A DNA stretch of 64,000 nt from the NCBI GenBank assembly GCA_965217775.1, contig CBDCJH010000002.1:5184001-5248000 (forward strand). Reading direction: 5' to 3'. The notes under the pieces are model-generated. The model was not told the DNA's origin. It did no database searches and saw only the letters and a list, made by a program, of their open reading frames with translations. The translations under genes and the position numbers were made by a program. This document shows, piece after piece, positions 60,829 to 64,000 of the stretch; position 1 is the first letter of the stretch, and every line of letters starts with the position of its first letter. The DNA is from Acidobacteriota bacterium. GTDB taxonomy: Bacteria > Acidobacteriota > UBA6911 > RPQK01 > JAJDTT01.

Positions 60829-61860
60829 TTGTTTCGGTTCGGTGAACCGCAACTGCTGTATCTGTTGGTTCTGTTGCCGCTGTTGCCGGCTTTTCTGTTC
60901 TGGGTAATCCGGCGTAAACGGCGCGGGATCCGGGTCCTGGTGGGTCCCCACATGGCGCCCCGGCTCACCGGGAACTCCAGCAGCCGGCGCCAGTGGTCCA
61001 AGGGGCTGCTGGTGGTGGCCGCCGTCGGCCTGCTGTTGGGTGGTCTGGCCCGGCCCCAGTTCGGGACCCGTTTGGAGACGGTGGAAAGAGAGGGACAGGA
61101 TCTGGTGGTGGTCCTGGATCTGTCCGCCTCCATGCTGGCCCGGGACATCCAGCCGAACCGCCTGGAAAAGGCCAAGCACGCCATCGGCACGCTCATCGGC
61201 CTGCTGGAGGGGGACCGCATCGGGATCGTGGGGTTCGCCGGAGAGGCGTTCGTCCAATGTCCCCTGACCCTCGACTACGGGGCGGCCAGGACGCTGCTGG
61301 CCTCCATGGGTCCGGAGTCGATCCCGGTGCCGGGAACCGCGTTGGGCGAAGCCCTGCGCAAGGGGTTGGAGCTCTTCTCGGCCGAGGAGAAGAAGCACAA
61401 GGTGATGGTTCTGATCACCGACGGCGAAGACCATTTGGGACGGCCCCTGGAAGTGGCCCGGGAGGCGGCCGGCCAGGGAGTGGTCATCCACGCCGTGGGA
61501 ATCGGGTCGATGCAGGGAACCCCCATACCGGTCTTCGATTCCGAAGGCCGTGCCCAGGGTTTCAAGAAGAACAGGTCAGGCGAAGTGGTGATGACGCGGC
61601 TGGACGAGAGCACGCTTCGGGAGTTGGCCGAGGAGACGGGGGGCACCTATCACCGGGCCTCGCCTGGAGAGTCGGAATTGGAGGGGATCTACGGAGAAGT
61701 GGCGGCCATGGACAAGAAGCAGCTTGCCTCCATCCAGGTGGCCCAATATGAGGAGCGGTTTCAGATTCCCGTCCTGTTGGGTCTGGTGCTGCTGTTGGCC
61801 GACGTCCTGTTGTCCGAGCGGCGGCGGGTCGACAGAGTCTGGAGAGGGCGTTTTCGGTGA
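60829..61860 (+). CDS. batB: BatB vWA protein
   Basis: LARPQFG, DLSASM, PNRLEKAK, ITDGEDH, TRLDE. Confidence 0.88.
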   Translation: MFRFGEPQLLYLLVLLPLLPAFLFWVIRRKRRGIRVLVGPHMAPRLTGNSSSRRQWSKGLLVVAAVGLLLGGLARPQFGTRLETVEREGQDLVVVLDLSASMLARDIQPNRLEKAKHAIGTLIGLLEGDRIGIVGFAGEAFVQCPLTLDYGAARTLLASMGPESIPVPGTALGEALRKGLELFSAEEKKHKVMVLITDGEDHLGRPLEVAREAAGQGVVIHAVGIGSMQGTPIPVFDSEGRAQGFKKNRSGEVVMTRLDESTLRELAEETGGTYHRASPGESELEGIYGEVAAMDKKQLASIQVAQYEERFQIPVLLGLVLLLADVLLSERRRVDRVWRGRFR

Positions 61861-62744
61861 TCGGGTTTCGGCGTCTGTTCGCAGGACTGTTGCTGGCGGG
61901 ACTGCTGTCCGGCTCCCAGCCTCTCTGGAGCCAGGCCGGCAGGGAGAAAGTTCTGGAGGGGAACCGGAATTTCTCGGAAGGGGACTACGACAAGGCTCTG
62001 GAGCTGTACCGGGAGGCACTGGAAGAGAGCCCGGAATCTTCGACCATCCGTTTCAATCTGGGGGATGCGCACTTCAAGAAAGAAGATATGGAGGATGCCG
62101 CGGATTCCTTCTCCCAGGCGTTGCAGTCGGAGGACCCCGAGATCGAGTCCCGGGCCCAGTATAATCTGGGCAACTCGCTCTATCGCCAGGGCAAGCTCCA
62201 GGAGAGCCTGAGCGCATACCGGGAGGCGCTGAAGCTGGCGCCCGGCGACCGGGACGCCAAGCACAATCTGGAGTTCGTGCTCAAGCAATTGCAGGAGCAG
62301 CAACAGCAGCAGAAGAATCAGAACCAACAGGGAGACGGGGAGCAGGATAAGGACAAGGATAAGAACCGGGACGAGAGTCAGTCCGACGGCGAGGATCAGT
62401 CACAGCAGGGCCAAGAGGACCGGCCGGAAGATCAGGAGGGCCAGGACCAGCAGGAAGAGGGGCAACAGTCCCGGGACCAGAATGACCGGCCGGATTCCGA
62501 AGATCCTGAACAGCGCCCGGGGGACCCACAGGAAAACAGGGACGAGAAGTCTCGCGCCGGCAGTGGCGACCAGCAACGGGAACCCGCTCAGGAGGACCAG
62601 GTTCAGACTCCTCCCAGTGGTTCCCAACCCATGTCTCGTGAAGCAGCAGAGCGGCTCCTGGAGGCCCTGGCTCAGGCCCAGGCGGGCGTCAAGAAGAAAC
62701 TCGAATTGCGCCCGGGAACCGTGAAGGTAGAGAAGGACTGGTGA
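61857..62744 (+). CDS. batC: BatC TPR protein with Q/D/E-rich linker
   Basis: TPR motifs (YNLGNSLY, DAKHNLE), acidic linker, C-terminal EKDW. Confidence 0.85.
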   Translation: MIGFRRLFAGLLLAGLLSGSQPLWSQAGREKVLEGNRNFSEGDYDKALELYREALEESPESSTIRFNLGDAHFKKEDMEDAADSFSQALQSEDPEIESRAQYNLGNSLYRQGKLQESLSAYREALKLAPGDRDAKHNLEFVLKQLQEQQQQQKNQNQQGDGEQDKDKDKNRDESQSDGEDQSQQGQEDRPEDQEGQDQQEEGQQSRDQNDRPDSEDPEQRPGDPQENRDEKSRAGSGDQQREPAQEDQVQTPPSGSQPMSREAAERLLEALAQAQAGVKKKLELRPGTVKVEKDW

Positions 62745-64000
62745 GAAGGATCTGCGGAACACTTCTGGCAGCGGTCCTGCTTTGCGGACCGGCAGGCGGT
62801 CAGGACCCGGCCGTCCAGGCGTTTCTGGACCGTACTTCCGTCTTCGTGGGCCAGCAGTTCACACTCTCGGTGGAGGTTTCGGGCAGGGGCGCCACCGGTG
62901 CCGGAGAGCCGAGCTTGCCTCCCATGGAGGAGTTCGCCGCGTTCCTGGGAAGGCGGAGTTCCCAGCAGTATCGGTTGGTGAACGGACGCATGTCCGCGTC
63001 CAGGACCTTCAGCTTCCATTTTCAGGCCACCCGGGAAGGCGAGTTCGAGATCGGCGCGGTCCAGGTGCAACTGGACCGCAGGGTCCACAAGACGGCCCCT
63101 CTTCGGATCCGGATCGGCGGCACCGGTCGACCGGCGCCCACTCCTCGTGGCGACCGCCGGCCGGCGGGCACGGCTGCCCAATCCGATCTCTTTGTGCGTG
63201 CAACGGCCGACCGGGAGCGCATTTATGAGAACCAGGCCCTGGTGGTGACTTACAAGATCTATACGCGCGTCAGCGTTTCCTCGTACGGGATCTCCAAGCA
63301 GCCGGACACGGCTGGTTTCTGGGTGGAAGACTATCCGCAGACCCGGCAGCCACATACCGAGGAAGTGATCGACGGACGGCGATATAGGGTGGCGCTGATC
63401 AAGAGGATGGCGCTTTTCCCCACCGGCGCTGGGGAAAAGGAGGTCGGCCCCCTGGTCCTGGAATGCCGGGTCCGGACCCGAGGCGTCTCCCGGGACCCCT
63501 TCCGAGGCTTTTTCAGCGGTGATCTCTTCGGCCGGGAGGTGACCCGGCAACTGGCTTCCGATTCGCTTCGGGTGCAAGTCCTGCCCTTGCCCCAGGAGGG
63601 CAGGCCCCCGGAATTCCAGGGCGCCGTGGGAAGTTTCTCCATTGCTGGTCAATTGGACAAGTCTCAGGTCAAGGCCAACGAGGCCCTGACCTACAAGGTT
63701 CGGATTTCCGGCAGCGGCAATCTGGCCGGACTGAGCGAGCCCCAAATTTCCTTCCCTTCCAGCTTCGAAGTCTACCCGCCAAAGGTGGAGCAGCAGATCA
63801 GACGGGATCCGAGCGGGATCTCGGGAGAGAAGACCTACGAATACGTGCTCATTCCCCGCCGTCCCGGTCCGGTGCGGCTGGAGCCGGTGAAGCTGGCCTA
63901 CTTCGACCCGGTCGAGGGCGCCTACCGGATCAGCCGCGCTCCCGAGTTGTCCGTCAACGTGGCGCCGGGAGACCACTTGGCGGAAGCGGCGGAAGCAGGG
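62741..64000 (+). CDS. batD: BatD-family protein, 3'-truncated by the window edge
   Basis: GTG overlaps the batC stop. Reads VRRICGTLLAAV...DRTSVFVGQQF...FQGAVGSF...SGSGNL...YFDP with no stop seen. Confidence 0.82.
   Translation, partial: MRRICGTLLAAVLLCGPAGGQDPAVQAFLDRTSVFVGQQFTLSVEVSGRGATGAGEPSLPPMEEFAAFLGRRSSQQYRLVNGRMSASRTFSFHFQATREGEFEIGAVQVQLDRRVHKTAPLRIRIGGTGRPAPTPRGDRRPAGTAAQSDLFVRATADRERIYENQALVVTYKIYTRVSVSSYGISKQPDTAGFWVEDYPQTRQPHTEEVIDGRRYRVALIKRMALFPTGAGEKEVGPLVLECRVRTRGVSRDPFRGFFSGDLFGREVTRQLASDSLRVQVLPLPQEGRPPEFQGAVGSFSIAGQLDKSQVKANEALTYKVRISGSGNLAGLSEPQISFPSSFEVYPPKVEQQIRRDPSGISGEKTYEYVLIPRRPGPVRLEPVKLAYFDPVEGAYRISRAPELSVNVAPGDHLAEAAEAG

Noticed and set aside
62290-62610. CAG/GAC-rich low-complexity DNA
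   Set aside because: It is explained by the Q/D/E-rich linker typical of BatC.

Overview
GC-rich bacterial chromosomal window. The gene content (DUF5916, Gfo/Idh/MocA, Tat-exported TIM barrels, Bat operon) suggests an Acidobacteria/PVC-like organism, which is inference only. Core content: a cinA-to-gnd sugar/redox region (1-16 kb), a sigma54-controlled copper cluster (cusCBA, NtrC-type regulator plus kinase, copA; 16-28 kb), TPM/lemA/trmI, an M28 peptidase, tRNA-Asp, an MFS transporter, amino-acid enzymes, an ankyrin protein, and a moxR-DUF58-batABCD operon (56-64 kb). The most notable part is a ~10 kb accessory region (41.0-50.9 kb) with a complete, non-phage diversity-generating retroelement (DGR). 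It comprises a secreted multi-domain FGE/CLec target gene, a 118-bp VR/TR pair whose 12 mismatches all fall at TR adenines, a post-VR hairpin, avd and a reverse transcriptase whose ORF reads through the TR. Upstream lies a 2.5-kb patchwork of truncated fragments: a second, diverged TR and diverged copies of the 3' ends of both island-flanking genes. Nearly every fragment breakpoint lies next to a short GACTGTCCC motif, which suggests an undescribed motif-guided fragment capture or rearrangement process. Three copies of a 158-bp MITE and several REP-like palindromes are also present. All alignments and counts were done by eye.
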